Shown: positions 1 through 8,933, counted from the first letter of the stretch. The stretch: DNA of 45,182 nt from Candidatus Hodarchaeaceae archaeon (GCA_030016755.1 JASEJC010000002.1:1-45182), one strand, 5' to 3'. The notes: generated by a model from the letters alone, not told the origin. Program-made: numbers and translations.

Positions 1-270
1 CTTGCCGGTCTCGTAGTCCTTCCGGCGGTTGAGCATCCAAGCGGGGACCCCGTGCTCGATTGGATTTTTTAGGATTTTTTCGAGGAGCTCGATCTGGCTC
101 TTGTTAAGGTCGCCCAACTTCGCAAAGGGATCGACATCTGCTGCGTAGGCAACCGCCCGGGCGTATGCGACGCTCACGCCCTTCAGGTCAGCTAGGGCTA
201 AGTGAACTCGCCTCTCACCCCGCAGGTCCTTTCCCGCAATTCTCACGATGTGCTTGAATTCCTCTGGCAT
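1..270 (-). CDS. rps13: 30S ribosomal protein uS13, N-terminal part (gene runs off the left edge)
   Basis: Hand translation from the ATG at 268-270 gives MPEEFKHIVRIAGKDLRGERRVHLALADLKGVSVAYARAV...AWMLNRRKDYETGK, a typical archaeal S13 N-terminus. GAGGT lies just upstream. Absent from the ORF track because it is truncated. Confidence 0.85.
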   Translation of the reverse strand, partial: MPEEFKHIVRIAGKDLRGERRVHLALADLKGVSVAYARAVAYAADVDPFAKLGDLNKSQIELLEKILKNPIEHGVPAWMLNRRKDYETGK

Positions 271-332
271 GTTTTACCTCTGTTACCATTCTACCGTTAA
301 ACTTGTTTGGCGTCCTATTAAGTCATTTACCA

Positions 333-420
333 TGGCGCCGGGGCAGGGATTCGAACCCTGGAGGCCCAAAGGGCCACACGCTCTCCAAGCGTGCGCCTTA
401 CCTGGCTAGGCTACCCCGGC
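333..420 (-). tRNA. tRNA-Ser(GGA), 88 nt, CCA encoded
   Basis: Reverse complement is GCCGGGGTAGCCTAGCCAGGTAAGGCGCACGCTTGGAGAGCGTGTGGCCCTTTGGGCCTCCAGGGTTCGAATCCCTGCCCCGGCGCCA. It has a 7-bp acceptor stem, anticodon stem CACGC/GCGTG with loop TTGGAGA, a long variable arm, a GTTCGAATC T-loop and discriminator G. Confidence 0.9.
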
Positions 421-445
421 ACCGGATAAAATATGGGGCTATTCA

Positions 446-455
446 CCATATATCC
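446..455 (-). promoter_or_regulatory. putative TATA box for tRNA-Ser(GGA)
   Basis: The minus strand reads GGATATATGG, centred about 30 nt upstream of the mature tRNA 5' end. Confidence 0.3.
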
Positions 456-480
456 GCTTCCGCAATAGCATGGGCTAAAA

Positions 481-1494
481 TTATTTCCACTTTCGGGGAT
501 AAGTCCCGGGCGACATCACCACGCGCTCGGGCTTCGCGACGATTCCGTGTTCGGCCTCGTAGATTTGTTTGGAGTTCATCGTCGCCCTCGCTAGTCCCAC
601 GAGTTCGCCCTTCAGCGTGAAAAGTGCGACGAGGTCATCGGGGGAGATGCCCGTTTCGACCGTTAGTACCCCGGGGGCCGCCAAGCTTGCCCCATGGCAG
701 AGGGCATCCACCGCCCCATCCCGCACGACTATCTTGGGCAAATGCTGTGCCGCGGCCTCGACGAACAACACAACCTCGCGCAGATGCTTCTCTTTTCCTT
801 CTTCACGCCAAAACACATATGCGTCGGCGAGATCGTGGAGCTTCACCGCAGTTTCCTCGCGGAAGGGCCCAGTTCGCGTCCTCCGCAGCTCGCGCATGTG
901 GGCTCCGCACCCCAATGCCTCACCCACGTCATAACACAGCTTCCGGAGATAGGTTCCCGCCTCGCAACCAACGCGCATGAGCACATCACGGCCCTCTCGC
1001 TCGAGCGATTCGAGGTAGTAAATTTGTCGGATGCGCAGTTGCCGTCTCACGGCCGCGCGCAGAGGTGGACGTTGATAGATCTCGCCCTCGAACTCTTGGA
1101 GTACCCGCTCTAAGCGAGATTGGGGAACCTCGCCGTGCAGGCGCATCACACAGACATACTCCTTGCCCGCAGGAAGCAACGTTTGGATAATTTTTGTCGC
1201 ATCCTCCAACGCCACAGGTAGCACTCCACTCACTCCCGGGTCTAGGGTGCCGCCATGCCCGGCCCGGCGGAGGTCGAGCACGCGCTTCACCCACGCCACT
1301 ATTTCGTGAGATGTCGGTCCGGGCGGCTTGTCGAGGTTAACTATCCCTAGACGGATGTGTTCTCGAATCGGACGCTTGGAGGGCTCGCATCCATGGTGAG
1401 GGTCAGTCGTGTCGTGGGTTCTGATAAGCGTTTGGCGTTCGACGTCAGAAGGAAGCTTGCCCAATCTCAACACCAGCTTAACCAGCAGCCTCAA
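481..1494 (-). CDS. cbf5: tRNA/rRNA pseudouridine synthase Cbf5 (TruB family with C-terminal PUA domain)
   Basis: Motifs KRPIREHIRLGIVNLDKPPGPTSHEIVAWVKRVL and GHGGTLDPGVSGVLPV match archaeal Cbf5. The reading frame is uninterrupted. Confidence 0.9.
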   Translation of the reverse strand: MRLLVKLVLRLGKLPSDVERQTLIRTHDTTDPHHGCEPSKRPIREHIRLGIVNLDKPPGPTSHEIVAWVKRVLDLRRAGHGGTLDPGVSGVLPVALEDATKIIQTLLPAGKEYVCVMRLHGEVPQSRLERVLQEFEGEIYQRPPLRAAVRRQLRIRQIYYLESLEREGRDVLMRVGCEAGTYLRKLCYDVGEALGCGAHMRELRRTRTGPFREETAVKLHDLADAYVFWREEGKEKHLREVVLFVEAAAQHLPKIVVRDGAVDALCHGASLAAPGVLTVETGISPDDLVALFTLKGELVGLARATMNSKQIYEAEHGIVAKPERVVMSPGTYPRKWK

Positions 1495-1705
1495 GGGCCC
1501 GCTTTACCTCTTCGTCTGTGGCTCCTTTCGAAATATCTAATTTTTTGTCAGTGGGTTCGAGGTGTGAAATGTTACAACGCCTTCGCTTTACCCCCAGCCC
1601 GCTCACGATTACGTAGGTGGAGTCCAACACCTCAACGATGACGCATCGCTTGCCGGCCTCATGCCCCGCAAGCTTTACGCAAACTCGTCCGACCTCCATG
1701 ACCAT
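1478..1705 (-). CDS. rpl14e: 50S ribosomal protein eL14
   Basis: VGRVCVKLAGHEAGKRCVIV...GVKRRRCNISHLEPTDKKLDISKGATDEEV is the archaeal L14e signature. Confidence 0.85.
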   Translation of the reverse strand: MVMEVGRVCVKLAGHEAGKRCVIVEVLDSTYVIVSGLGVKRRRCNISHLEPTDKKLDISKGATDEEVKRALEAAG

Positions 1706-1706
1706 C

Positions 1707-2243
1707 CTAAGATCTCCTCTTCATTGCAACGGCGACCGCAGTTTCCAATATCCGCACCATCTCGCGAATAGAAAGGCGCCCCGTGTTCAGCACGAGATCG
1801 AAGGGTGAATGGTCGTTCACGTCGATGCCATAAAATTTCTGAAAGCGCTTTATCTCGCTTCGCTCCCGCGCCACGGTTTCCCTCATGACCTCCCTAAGCC
1901 TGCGTTTCTCACGTCGGGCTATCCGCATGACCCTCACTTTAAGAGGAGCGGTAAGCAAAATTTTCACGTCGGCCTTCTTTGCCATCCACCCCGCGAGGCG
2001 AGCGTCGATGAGTACCCTGTCGTTCCTCGCGGCATCTGCGGTTCGGCGATCTATCATTCGATCTATGTTCGGGTGGCGTTCCGCGTATTTTGAAAACTCA
2101 TCGAGTGCCATCCCGCGCTCCTCTGCGAGTTGTCTGAACATGGAACCAGCGCAAACATACTGTAACCTAAATTTTTTGACAAGGGTTTTAGCAGCTGTGG
2201 TCTTGCCCGCGCCGTGCAAGCCGCTTATCGCGACGACGACCAT
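1707..2243 (-). CDS. cmk: cytidylate kinase, archaeal type
   Basis: P-loop ISGLHGAGKTT and QYVCAGSMFRQLAEERGMALDEFSKYAERHPNIDRMIDRR. It sits in the conserved position between eL14 and eL34. Confidence 0.85.
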   Translation of the reverse strand: MVVVAISGLHGAGKTTAAKTLVKKFRLQYVCAGSMFRQLAEERGMALDEFSKYAERHPNIDRMIDRRTADAARNDRVLIDARLAGWMAKKADVKILLTAPLKVRVMRIARREKRRLREVMRETVARERSEIKRFQKFYGIDVNDHSPFDLVLNTGRLSIREMVRILETAVAVAMKRRS

Positions 2244-2247
2244 TTTC

Positions 2248-2514
2248 TCACACCCTCGCTGCTTCCTTTATCACTTGCCGCGTGCAGGCCGGACAGAGGT
2301 ATCCACCAAACGGCCGATTTGGCATGCGGGAACTCCGGGGGAGGGACTGCAGCCTGCTTGCTCTTACCCAAGGAACGCCCCCCAGCGGACGACCACACGA
2401 AGCACACTTGGGCTTGCCCGAACGTTTTTCTTTATAGTGAACCAACACCCGCCCGCCAGGGGTATGCACGCGCCTCCCGCCGTAGCTCTTGGTCCTGTAT
2501 CTCCTCGCCGGCAT
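2248..2514 (-). CDS. rpl34e: 50S ribosomal protein eL34
   Basis: MPARRYRTKSYGGRRVHTPGGRVLVHYKEKRSGKPKCASCGRPLGGVP, including the zinc-ribbon cysteines. Confidence 0.85.
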   Translation of the reverse strand: MPARRYRTKSYGGRRVHTPGGRVLVHYKEKRSGKPKCASCGRPLGGVPWVRASRLQSLPRSSRMPNRPFGGYLCPACTRQVIKEAARV

Positions 2515-2515
2515 G

Positions 2516-3334
2516 TTATTCCCTGATCAATATTTTTCGGAAGATCTGGGAGAATCCTATGTAGGTGAGGAAGTACCACCACCCTATGCCGAACGCGACC
2601 AACCTACCAAAAACTGGAAGGTCTATGGTAAAAGGCAACCAAGCGACGACCCACCCGCTGTACACCGCACCCAAGAGGTTCCAAATGAGTATCAGGGGGA
2701 TGAAATAGAAGATGGCAGGTTTAAACGTTTGTGAGAGCACCTGTCCTTGGAGTTTGGCTATTTCACCTTGGCGCTGCTGAATTTTGTGTAGCTGCTTCAT
2801 GTCTCGTTTGCTTCGGGCATCGCGGAGCTCCTTCTGAAACTCCGCAATCTTTGCCTTGTTTTCCCTCACCAGATCCCAGTTTACCACGCGCTTGTTCACC
2901 AGCGTTATGAGCAAAGCCATCACCACCCCCACACCCAAAATGATGAACATAGAGTACGTGTAGATCGGGGATAAGGAGACGCCTATCAAGTTCGCGGCTC
3001 GAGAAACGTCCGCCCTTAATACAAATATATTTTCCTCGACGGGAGTTTGGGCAAGGGAGCTGAAGGCTTGGGTAATTTTGGTGTCGAGCTGGTTATCAAT
3101 ATTTTCGACGCGGGAACTGAAGTTACTCTCGTATACCGTTGATGCGTTTGATACAGCTGTCGAAGCGCCACCACTATCCCCTCTTCTGAGCGATGAAATG
3201 GCCGAATCGAGCTTGCCCAGTAAGTCTTTCAGCGCTGCTTGGTCATTTCCCCCTTGGGCTTGAACGGTCCCCACGCTGAGGATGGGTACGGTCAATGTGG
3301 CCATGATAAACAAGACGATTATTTTTTTGCGCAC
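2516..3334 (-). CDS. DUF106/EMC3-TMCO1-like membrane protein insertase homolog with an N-terminal signal peptide and extra domain
   Basis: The C-terminal 150 aa has a TM helix, the coiled coil NKAKIAEFQKELRDARSKRDMKQLHKIQQRQGEIAKLQGQ, and two more TM helices. The gene occupies the conserved slot after adk. The N-terminus MRKKIIVLFIMATLTVPILSVGTVQAQG looks like a signal peptide. Confidence 0.6.
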   Translation of the reverse strand: MRKKIIVLFIMATLTVPILSVGTVQAQGGNDQAALKDLLGKLDSAISSLRRGDSGGASTAVSNASTVYESNFSSRVENIDNQLDTKITQAFSSLAQTPVEENIFVLRADVSRAANLIGVSLSPIYTYSMFIILGVGVVMALLITLVNKRVVNWDLVRENKAKIAEFQKELRDARSKRDMKQLHKIQQRQGEIAKLQGQVLSQTFKPAIFYFIPLILIWNLLGAVYSGWVVAWLPFTIDLPVFGRLVAFGIGWWYFLTYIGFSQIFRKILIRE

Positions 3335-3338
3335 AATT

Positions 3339-3917
3339 TCACCTTAATGCCAACACCAACTCTTTTACGGCTTCGTTTAATTTTTTATCCCTATTTTGAA
3401 TTATCCTCACTGGGGCCCCCGAAAACGCAGCGTATGCCGCGGCCGCCGAGCGGTTCAGTAGCTGGTGCTCTTCTATTTCTTGTATGAGCTCTTTGTCCCG
3501 CCGTCTAGTTGCATCCTTGATACGCCGTCTAGCGACCTCCTCCGGTGTTGCCTCTATTATGATAATAGACTCTGGCTTGAGTTCCTCTAACACCCATCGG
3601 GGTAAGCCGGGGTAGTATCCCTCCGGTTTCCTGACAAAACAGTGGGTGTCGACAAGGACGGGTTTCCGTTCTGCCGCGCGAGCGATTCGCTTACCTGCCT
3701 CGCGCTGAATCTCGCGGTATGGGCCAGTCGAAACTTTCCGCATGTCATCACGGTCGCTGACCCCCTCGCGCTCGCGCATGAGTTCCAGCATGATATCACC
3801 ATAGTTCAAAAACTCATAAGTGATTCCCTGTGTCTTGAGCTGTTTAAGCGCCGCTTCTATTACTGTGGTCTTCCCGGACCCAGGCACTCCGGTTACGACC
3901 ACTATTTTCTCACCCAC
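3339..3917 (-). CDS. adkA: adenylate kinase, archaeal type
   Basis: VVVTGVPGSGKTT P-loop. The DRDDMRKV, VDTHC and PGLPRWVLEEL pattern matches archaeal AdkA. Position is directly after secY. Confidence 0.85.
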   Translation of the reverse strand: MGEKIVVVTGVPGSGKTTVIEAALKQLKTQGITYEFLNYGDIMLELMREREGVSDRDDMRKVSTGPYREIQREAGKRIARAAERKPVLVDTHCFVRKPEGYYPGLPRWVLEELKPESIIIIEATPEEVARRRIKDATRRRDKELIQEIEEHQLLNRSAAAAYAAFSGAPVRIIQNRDKKLNEAVKELVLALR

Positions 3918-5352
3918 CCAAGAACCTCCTAACAGCTGGAAACATCTCCGCTACCCGCTCTTTCGCTATCTCTTGGTAAAGGCTATGCATAATACTAACG
4001 GCCAGCAGGATGCCAGTCCCACTGCCCAGGGCGCCAAGGGCGTCGGCACCCGCCGAAAGCAACCCGACGGATGCTCCGCCCAACAGAGCCACGGTCATGA
4101 TGTACCTGCTCAGCACCCATTCCATCACCCTTGTATCGCGGCGGAAGCCGGGGATAAGCATGCCTGCTCGGTCCAGCTGCTGCGCTATGTCTCGTGGGCC
4201 CATCCCTGTCATGTTAACCCATAGCCAAGAGAAGCCCATGCTGAGAAGAACCAAAAGCGCAATATATACAACGGCATGGATCGGGTCGGCCGCCACACCA
4301 GATATGCCTGCCGGGGCAGAGGTGTAGTAAGCAATCCAAGGGGCGTGGAGAACTGCGCCGACTATCCTCAAGTTCGCAAACACCACCATTGCAAGAATTA
4401 CCGGGATAACTGATGTGTAGAGGAATTGGATTGGGTAGCGCCCCCTAATCCCCCCAAACCTGCCATAGGCGAGGGGGATTTCGATCCGCATGTTTTCGAC
4501 ATAGACCACGATGAAGAATATCAAAATTGTCGCAAACAATCCCATCATGTTGGGTAGTCCAGGCCTAAAGAAAGCGTCCCCGAAACTTTCTCCGCCCAGC
4601 ATCGCCCCTGCGAAATTTGGGATGACCCCGGTTGCTGGGTTCAGAGCCTGCCAGATCACCGTCATCGCGACGCCCCCAAGTATGAAGAGACTGATCCCGC
4701 TTCCGAATCCATACTTTGAGACCAGCTCATCCAAATAGATCACGATAACTACCCCGAGCGTTAGCTGGAACAGGATGAAAAGGCCAGCCGGGGTTCCCAA
4801 TCCAATGCCAAAGCCATAGTGCCCCGCGAGCACGAGCATAGCTCCCTCGAAGAGCCCCATGAGTAGGGCCCCAAATTTTTGGACTCCAGTAAAGAGGGCG
4901 CGATCATCAGAGTTGGTGAGATCGAGCCCGATGATTTTGCTTCCCACGAGCAATTGCATTATAATGCCAGCAGTGACAATGGGGCCTATCCCCAGCTCCA
5001 TTAAACTTCCAGCGTGGCTAGCCAACACATATCTCAATTGCCCAAAAAACTCCTGGACCCCGGCGTCCCAGACCCCGTTGCCGTTAAGGTCGGTGAAAGT
5101 GTCTATTCCCTCGTCGTATATACCATTCCCGTTTACATCCTCGAACGGCTCGCGAGCAGCTGGGCCGTAGAGCGGAACCTGGGTCAAGATGAAGAAGATG
5201 AGGAGCGCTATCCCGGTCCACATGAACCTTTCCCTGAAGGAGACACGCCGCTTCGGGACCGCAACCTCCGGCATCCTGCGCACGAGAGGCTCCAACGCAT
5301 AGAGACTTGACCGCGGCCTCTCCTCCTTCTCCGCCTTCTCCATCGCCTTCAC
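3910..5352 (-). CDS. secY: preprotein translocase subunit SecY
   Basis: LGIGPIVTAGIIMQLLVGSKII plug/TM2 motif, ten predicted TM segments, and the conserved position after uL15. It carries an unusual insert of about 30 aa (see findings). Confidence 0.95.
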   Translation of the reverse strand: MKAMEKAEKEERPRSSLYALEPLVRRMPEVAVPKRRVSFRERFMWTGIALLIFFILTQVPLYGPAAREPFEDVNGNGIYDEGIDTFTDLNGNGVWDAGVQEFFGQLRYVLASHAGSLMELGIGPIVTAGIIMQLLVGSKIIGLDLTNSDDRALFTGVQKFGALLMGLFEGAMLVLAGHYGFGIGLGTPAGLFILFQLTLGVVIVIYLDELVSKYGFGSGISLFILGGVAMTVIWQALNPATGVIPNFAGAMLGGESFGDAFFRPGLPNMMGLFATILIFFIVVYVENMRIEIPLAYGRFGGIRGRYPIQFLYTSVIPVILAMVVFANLRIVGAVLHAPWIAYYTSAPAGISGVAADPIHAVVYIALLVLLSMGFSWLWVNMTGMGPRDIAQQLDRAGMLIPGFRRDTRVMEWVLSRYIMTVALLGGASVGLLSAGADALGALGSGTGILLAVSIMHSLYQEIAKERVAEMFPAVRRFLGG

Positions 5353-5789
5353 CTGGAGATGGCCTTGCCGCCAGCTTCCTCGAGCTTTCGCTTAGCCGAC
5401 TCGACAAAATTCTTGGCTGTAACATCCATTGGGCGCGTGACTTTACCACCACCCAGAACCTTCTCGAAACCGAGCTTTCCAACGTCGACCATAAATTTTT
5501 CACCTTCTTGTCTTGCTACACCAAGCTGCAATAGTTCCTCCATGCGTTCATCGAGATCTCCGACATTTATCGCTTTAACCTCCTTCCGTACAGCAGCCGG
5601 GCGCGTGAAACCGTGCTTGCCGAAGTAATCGGGCATGTACCTGACGACGTATGCCCACTTGTGCTTGTGCCCTCCACTCATCCCCCTGCCTCCACTCTCC
5701 CCGCCGCCGCGCCCTCGTTTTGAACACCCCCTTCCGTAAGTGCGCGTGCCCCGCTGCCCCCTGACCTTTCTCCGCCTCCTCACAACCAT
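5349..5789 (-). CDS. rpl15: 50S ribosomal protein uL15
   Basis: RRRKVRGQRGTRTYGRG...GGGESGGRGMSGGHKHKW glycine/arginine-rich N-terminus, with conserved synteny. Confidence 0.9.
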   Translation of the reverse strand: MVVRRRRKVRGQRGTRTYGRGCSKRGRGGGESGGRGMSGGHKHKWAYVVRYMPDYFGKHGFTRPAAVRKEVKAINVGDLDERMEELLQLGVARQEGEKFMVDVGKLGFEKVLGGGKVTRPMDVTAKNFVESAKRKLEEAGGKAISR

Positions 5790-5797
5790 GCGATCAC

Positions 5798-6265
5798 CTA
5801 AGCCATCCTGAGGATCAGTTCATTTATCAGCTCGCCGCGGTAACCGAGGTCCCCGCGGTCTTTGAACGGGCGCTTTGTCGCTTTGTACCCTTTGTGTGGT
5901 GGGTTGAGTCTAAAGACTTTTTTTAACCCGGGAAGCGCCCCCAGCCCTGCCTCACCGGCGCATATCGCAGCGGCCAAGGCACCGATTGATGAGAACTTGG
6001 TCTTGGATCTCACAAGTTCGTCTGTCAGGCGCTCGTCGCCGGGCAACCTCCCGCGCTTTCGCAGAAGATGCTCAAGCACACTGGGTTTAACCTCACCCCA
6101 AGTGACGAAATCTTTTATTTTTTGAAGCATCCCTCGATGGGACGAAATGTCATCGATTATAACACAATGATTGACGCGCGTCAGCCCAATCATCCCTAAC
6201 GTTTCCTTGGCATCTCTCCGGATGTTAATTCCGCCGCGGATCCTGATCACAGCCAGCTTAACCAC
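5798..6265 (-). CDS. rpl30: 50S ribosomal protein uL30
   Basis: LAVIRIRGGINIRRDAKETLGMIGLTRVNHCVIIDD. The start is trimmed to the GTG at 6263-6265, which overlaps the uS5 stop (GTGGTTAA). The longer track ORF overlaps uS5. Confidence 0.85.
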   Translation of the reverse strand: MVKLAVIRIRGGINIRRDAKETLGMIGLTRVNHCVIIDDISSHRGMLQKIKDFVTWGEVKPSVLEHLLRKRGRLPGDERLTDELVRSKTKFSSIGALAAAICAGEAGLGALPGLKKVFRLNPPHKGYKATKRPFKDRGDLGYRGELINELILRMA

Positions 6266-6920
6266 TTTCCTCACCAGGCATCCCGATGACAATGTGTTTC
6301 TTGGATTGTTCGCGCAGTGATATCCGCGAGGTCTGCTTAAGAGCATCCAGCGTGGCAAGGGCGAAGTTAATAGTCGTGCGCGTCTGTCCCTCTGAGCGAG
6401 TCCAGGCGTCTTTTATCCCGGCCATGTGGAGGATTGACTTTGGAACCTCAGCTGCAGCTACGCCGAGTCCTCTTGGCGCCGGCTTTATGGTCACGCTTAC
6501 GCTTCCACTTCTTCCAATGACCTCAAAGGGCACTGAGTGATGGCGACCACAACCACACTCCCAGCTTCCACATCCCCGCGCGACCTCTGTGATATTCAAC
6601 CTCGCGGCCGTCATGGCTTTTCTGACGGATGAACTAATCTCCCTGGTACTCCCGATCCCAACCCCAACGATACCATCTCGGTTCCCGACAACTCCCACGA
6701 CTCTAAATTTAACCCGCCTGCCGGATTTATGCATCCGTTGGACCAAGCTCACCCCCAAGATATCCTCTTCTAGGTTTGGCACGAGGGCATCGACGATTTC
6801 GGGCTCTTTGATCGGCTTTCCCTGCCGCAAAATCTGTGAAATTTTAGTTATCTGCCCTTCCTTTATCGCTCGCCCAACGCTTGTGCGTGGTTGCCAAAGA
6901 TCTATATTGAACTTTTCCAT
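6258..6920 (-). CDS. rps5: 30S ribosomal protein uS5
   Basis: KFRVVGVVGNRDGIVGVGIGSTREISSSVRKA and TIKPAPRGLGVAAA motifs. Confidence 0.9.
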   Translation of the reverse strand: MEKFNIDLWQPRTSVGRAIKEGQITKISQILRQGKPIKEPEIVDALVPNLEEDILGVSLVQRMHKSGRRVKFRVVGVVGNRDGIVGVGIGSTREISSSVRKAMTAARLNITEVARGCGSWECGCGRHHSVPFEVIGRSGSVSVTIKPAPRGLGVAAAEVPKSILHMAGIKDAWTRSEGQTRTTINFALATLDALKQTSRISLREQSKKHIVIGMPGEESG

Positions 6921-6922
6921 TT

Positions 6923-7519
6923 TTAACCACCGAACTTCGTAATTATTGCTTGTCTTATCTCATTAAAGTGCTCTGAGATCCGTTCGGGTGGAAGCCCTCG
7001 CGCGAGGTAACCAGAGAACCTCGCTTGGTATCCCTTTGCGTTCTTTTCCTTTAGCTCGGCGGCATACCGGGAGATATGCGTTCCCTTTATCCTGTCCTCT
7101 GGGGGTAGAACTTCTGCCTCGTGAGGGATCTGTAGGCCTGCGTCGAGCGCGCCCTTCAAGATAGCAAAGACTTTGGCTTGCCGAGTGGGATTATGCGCGC
7201 CGATATCAAGTGCACATTCTTTCACGCCGGCCTTAACTGCGCGATATCCGCAAAGCAGACCAACTAAGTAAGCTGTGGGGATATTTGAGGTATGACCCTT
7301 CCAGCCGAACCCCCCCAACTGTTTCGAGTGAGCCGATGCTAAAGTCATATCACCGACTGGGGTTGCCCGCACGACTTGAGTTATAGTGTGTTTAAGGGAG
7401 ATTCGCGTGACCAAACGTGGCACCCCAGAGCGGAGCAGCCTGAGCCTGCGCCGGTAATCGGTCTTGCCCTCCCGTTTTCGTCTGAACTGAACCCTGTACC
7501 TAGGTCCGATTTTTGGCAT
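6923..7519 (-). CDS. rpl18: 50S ribosomal protein uL18
   Basis: GPRYRVQFRRKREGKTDYRRRLRLL. The ATG at 7517-7519 is preceded by GAGGTGAT. The track start at 7528 is a GTG inside that Shine-Dalgarno sequence. Confidence 0.9.
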   Translation of the reverse strand: MPKIGPRYRVQFRRKREGKTDYRRRLRLLRSGVPRLVTRISLKHTITQVVRATPVGDMTLASAHSKQLGGFGWKGHTSNIPTAYLVGLLCGYRAVKAGVKECALDIGAHNPTRQAKVFAILKGALDAGLQIPHEAEVLPPEDRIKGTHISRYAAELKEKNAKGYQARFSGYLARGLPPERISEHFNEIRQAIITKFGG

Positions 7520-7524
7520 CCTTA

Positions 7525-7971
7525 TCACCTCAACAATCCTCGCTCCCTGAGGTAGGTCTCGAGATGGGCCCTGCTCCTAAAGGCACCGCCCCTGACCATG
7601 TTGTAAAGCCGGCGGTACTCCCTCGGCCCAATTACACCTTCCTTCTTCAACTCCCGCAGCCTGAAACGCAACGGGCGAACGGTTCGAATCCAGCTGGCTT
7701 TTTTCGGGAGCCTCGCATGCTTCGCGCCTTTTCTGCTACCAACACCGCGCCGCCTACCCTTCTTGCGTTTGACGGCTCGCTCCCTGAACCTCCCACGACT
7801 TGACCCGCGTTCCGGTTTCGCGCGGATGACCCCCTGACTGATTAGGTCCCTGATATCCTGACGGGTGATCGCGACTGAGACGTCGGCGGCTCGAGTTGGG
7901 TCTATCCAAACCCTGTTGACGCCAACCTTGAGTATTTCAGCTGCCAGTCTCTTCTTTAGGTTCAACTTCAT
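7525..7971 (-). CDS. rpl19e: 50S ribosomal protein eL19
   Basis: KKRLAAEILKVGVNRVWIDP. Start taken at the ATG at 7969-7971, with an alternative TTG at 7980. Confidence 0.88.
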   Translation of the reverse strand: MKLNLKKRLAAEILKVGVNRVWIDPTRAADVSVAITRQDIRDLISQGVIRAKPERGSSRGRFRERAVKRKKGRRRGVGSRKGAKHARLPKKASWIRTVRPLRFRLRELKKEGVIGPREYRRLYNMVRGGAFRSRAHLETYLRERGLLR

Positions 7972-8320
7972 GTTTTTCAACTCCTGGATTCAACACTCGG
8001 ATGCCGAGCTCCTTAGCTTTAGCTATAATTTGTTCCCGCTTCCGTCTCCCAACACTTGAAGCAACCCGGGCTGCCTGCGTGGTTGTATCTATTCCCTCGA
8101 GATCTTGTGGCCTATAAACCAAAACTTCTGAGAACCCCGATGGGTGAATCCCTCTAATTCGCTTAGGTTGTCTATACCCTACTGAGACTGCTGCAGGCTT
8201 CCCGCGGCGGCCGACGCGCATTTTGCTATCTCGCCCTCTGGGCTTGCGCCACTTCTCACCTAGTCTCTTGAACCTAAACCACTCCTGTCTTCTAAACCTC
8301 GGCAAACGCTTTTTCCTCAT
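7937..8320 (-). CDS. rpl32e: 50S ribosomal protein eL32
   Basis: MRKKRLPRFRRQEWFRFKRLGEKWRKPRGRDSKMR. The ATG at 8318-8320 is preceded by GTGAGG and lies just after the uL6 stop. Confidence 0.85.
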   Translation of the reverse strand: MRKKRLPRFRRQEWFRFKRLGEKWRKPRGRDSKMRVGRRGKPAAVSVGYRQPKRIRGIHPSGFSEVLVYRPQDLEGIDTTTQAARVASSVGRRKREQIIAKAKELGIRVLNPGVEKHEVEPKEETGS

Positions 8321-8325
8321 TGTCC

Positions 8326-8856
8326 TCACGTTCGCTCCACTATGTAGCATCCGTCCTGAAAAATTCTCAAGTCTCGGTATTTAACAAAAGTCGCCTGCTC
8401 GATGTTGAATGCCGTCTGTCCGACTTCTTCCTTGTCTGCTCCACTAACGAGAATCTCGTCACCACAGACCTCGACATTGACATCCCCGACGATCCTTGCC
8501 ACTCGGGGGGCGCGCTCTCCAAGGAAATTTTGGATGAGTACTCGTTTGCCCTCAACTTTAACGGTGATAGGAAAGTGAGAATACACGATGCGCAATTTGT
8601 AAACGAAGCCGTTGGTCACGCCTTTGAACATGTTTTGTAGGTGCGCCTTGACCGTGTTGACGGCTGCTTTGTCCGTGCGGCGCGTAGAATCAGTTTCGAT
8701 CAAGACTTTTCTCCCTTCCACTCTTAGCATCAGGTTTGGAAAATCAAAGGTTCGTATGAGCTTGCCCTTCGCTCCACTGACTTCGACAGTCCTGCCTGAG
8801 AGTTCGAGCTTCACGCCTTCGGGCGCCTCGATTTCTTCTTTTATGGAAAGTGGCAT
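8326..8856 (-). CDS. rpl6: 50S ribosomal protein uL6
   Basis: Two-domain L6 pattern (VEVSGAKGKL, YSHFPITVKVEG, FLGERAPR) with conserved synteny. Confidence 0.9.
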   Translation of the reverse strand: MPLSIKEEIEAPEGVKLELSGRTVEVSGAKGKLIRTFDFPNLMLRVEGRKVLIETDSTRRTDKAAVNTVKAHLQNMFKGVTNGFVYKLRIVYSHFPITVKVEGKRVLIQNFLGERAPRVARIVGDVNVEVCGDEILVSGADKEEVGQTAFNIEQATFVKYRDLRIFQDGCYIVERT

Positions 8857-8933
8857 CGACTGTACTCCCCAAGTTGACTCCGTCTAACCTCAGCGTTTCT
8901 TTATTAAAAGGGTGAGGAAAAAGAAATGCCTTG

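Noticed and set aside
303-620. Plus-strand 105-aa ORF
   Set aside because: It runs antisense through tRNA-Ser(GGA) and the cbf5 3' end. It is an Arg/Pro/Ser-rich shadow frame typical of GC-rich DNA.
5084-5503. 139-aa minus-strand ORF overlapping the secY/uL15 junction
   Set aside because: It is out of frame with both well-supported genes and has a low-complexity Gly/Glu/Ser/Arg-rich sequence.
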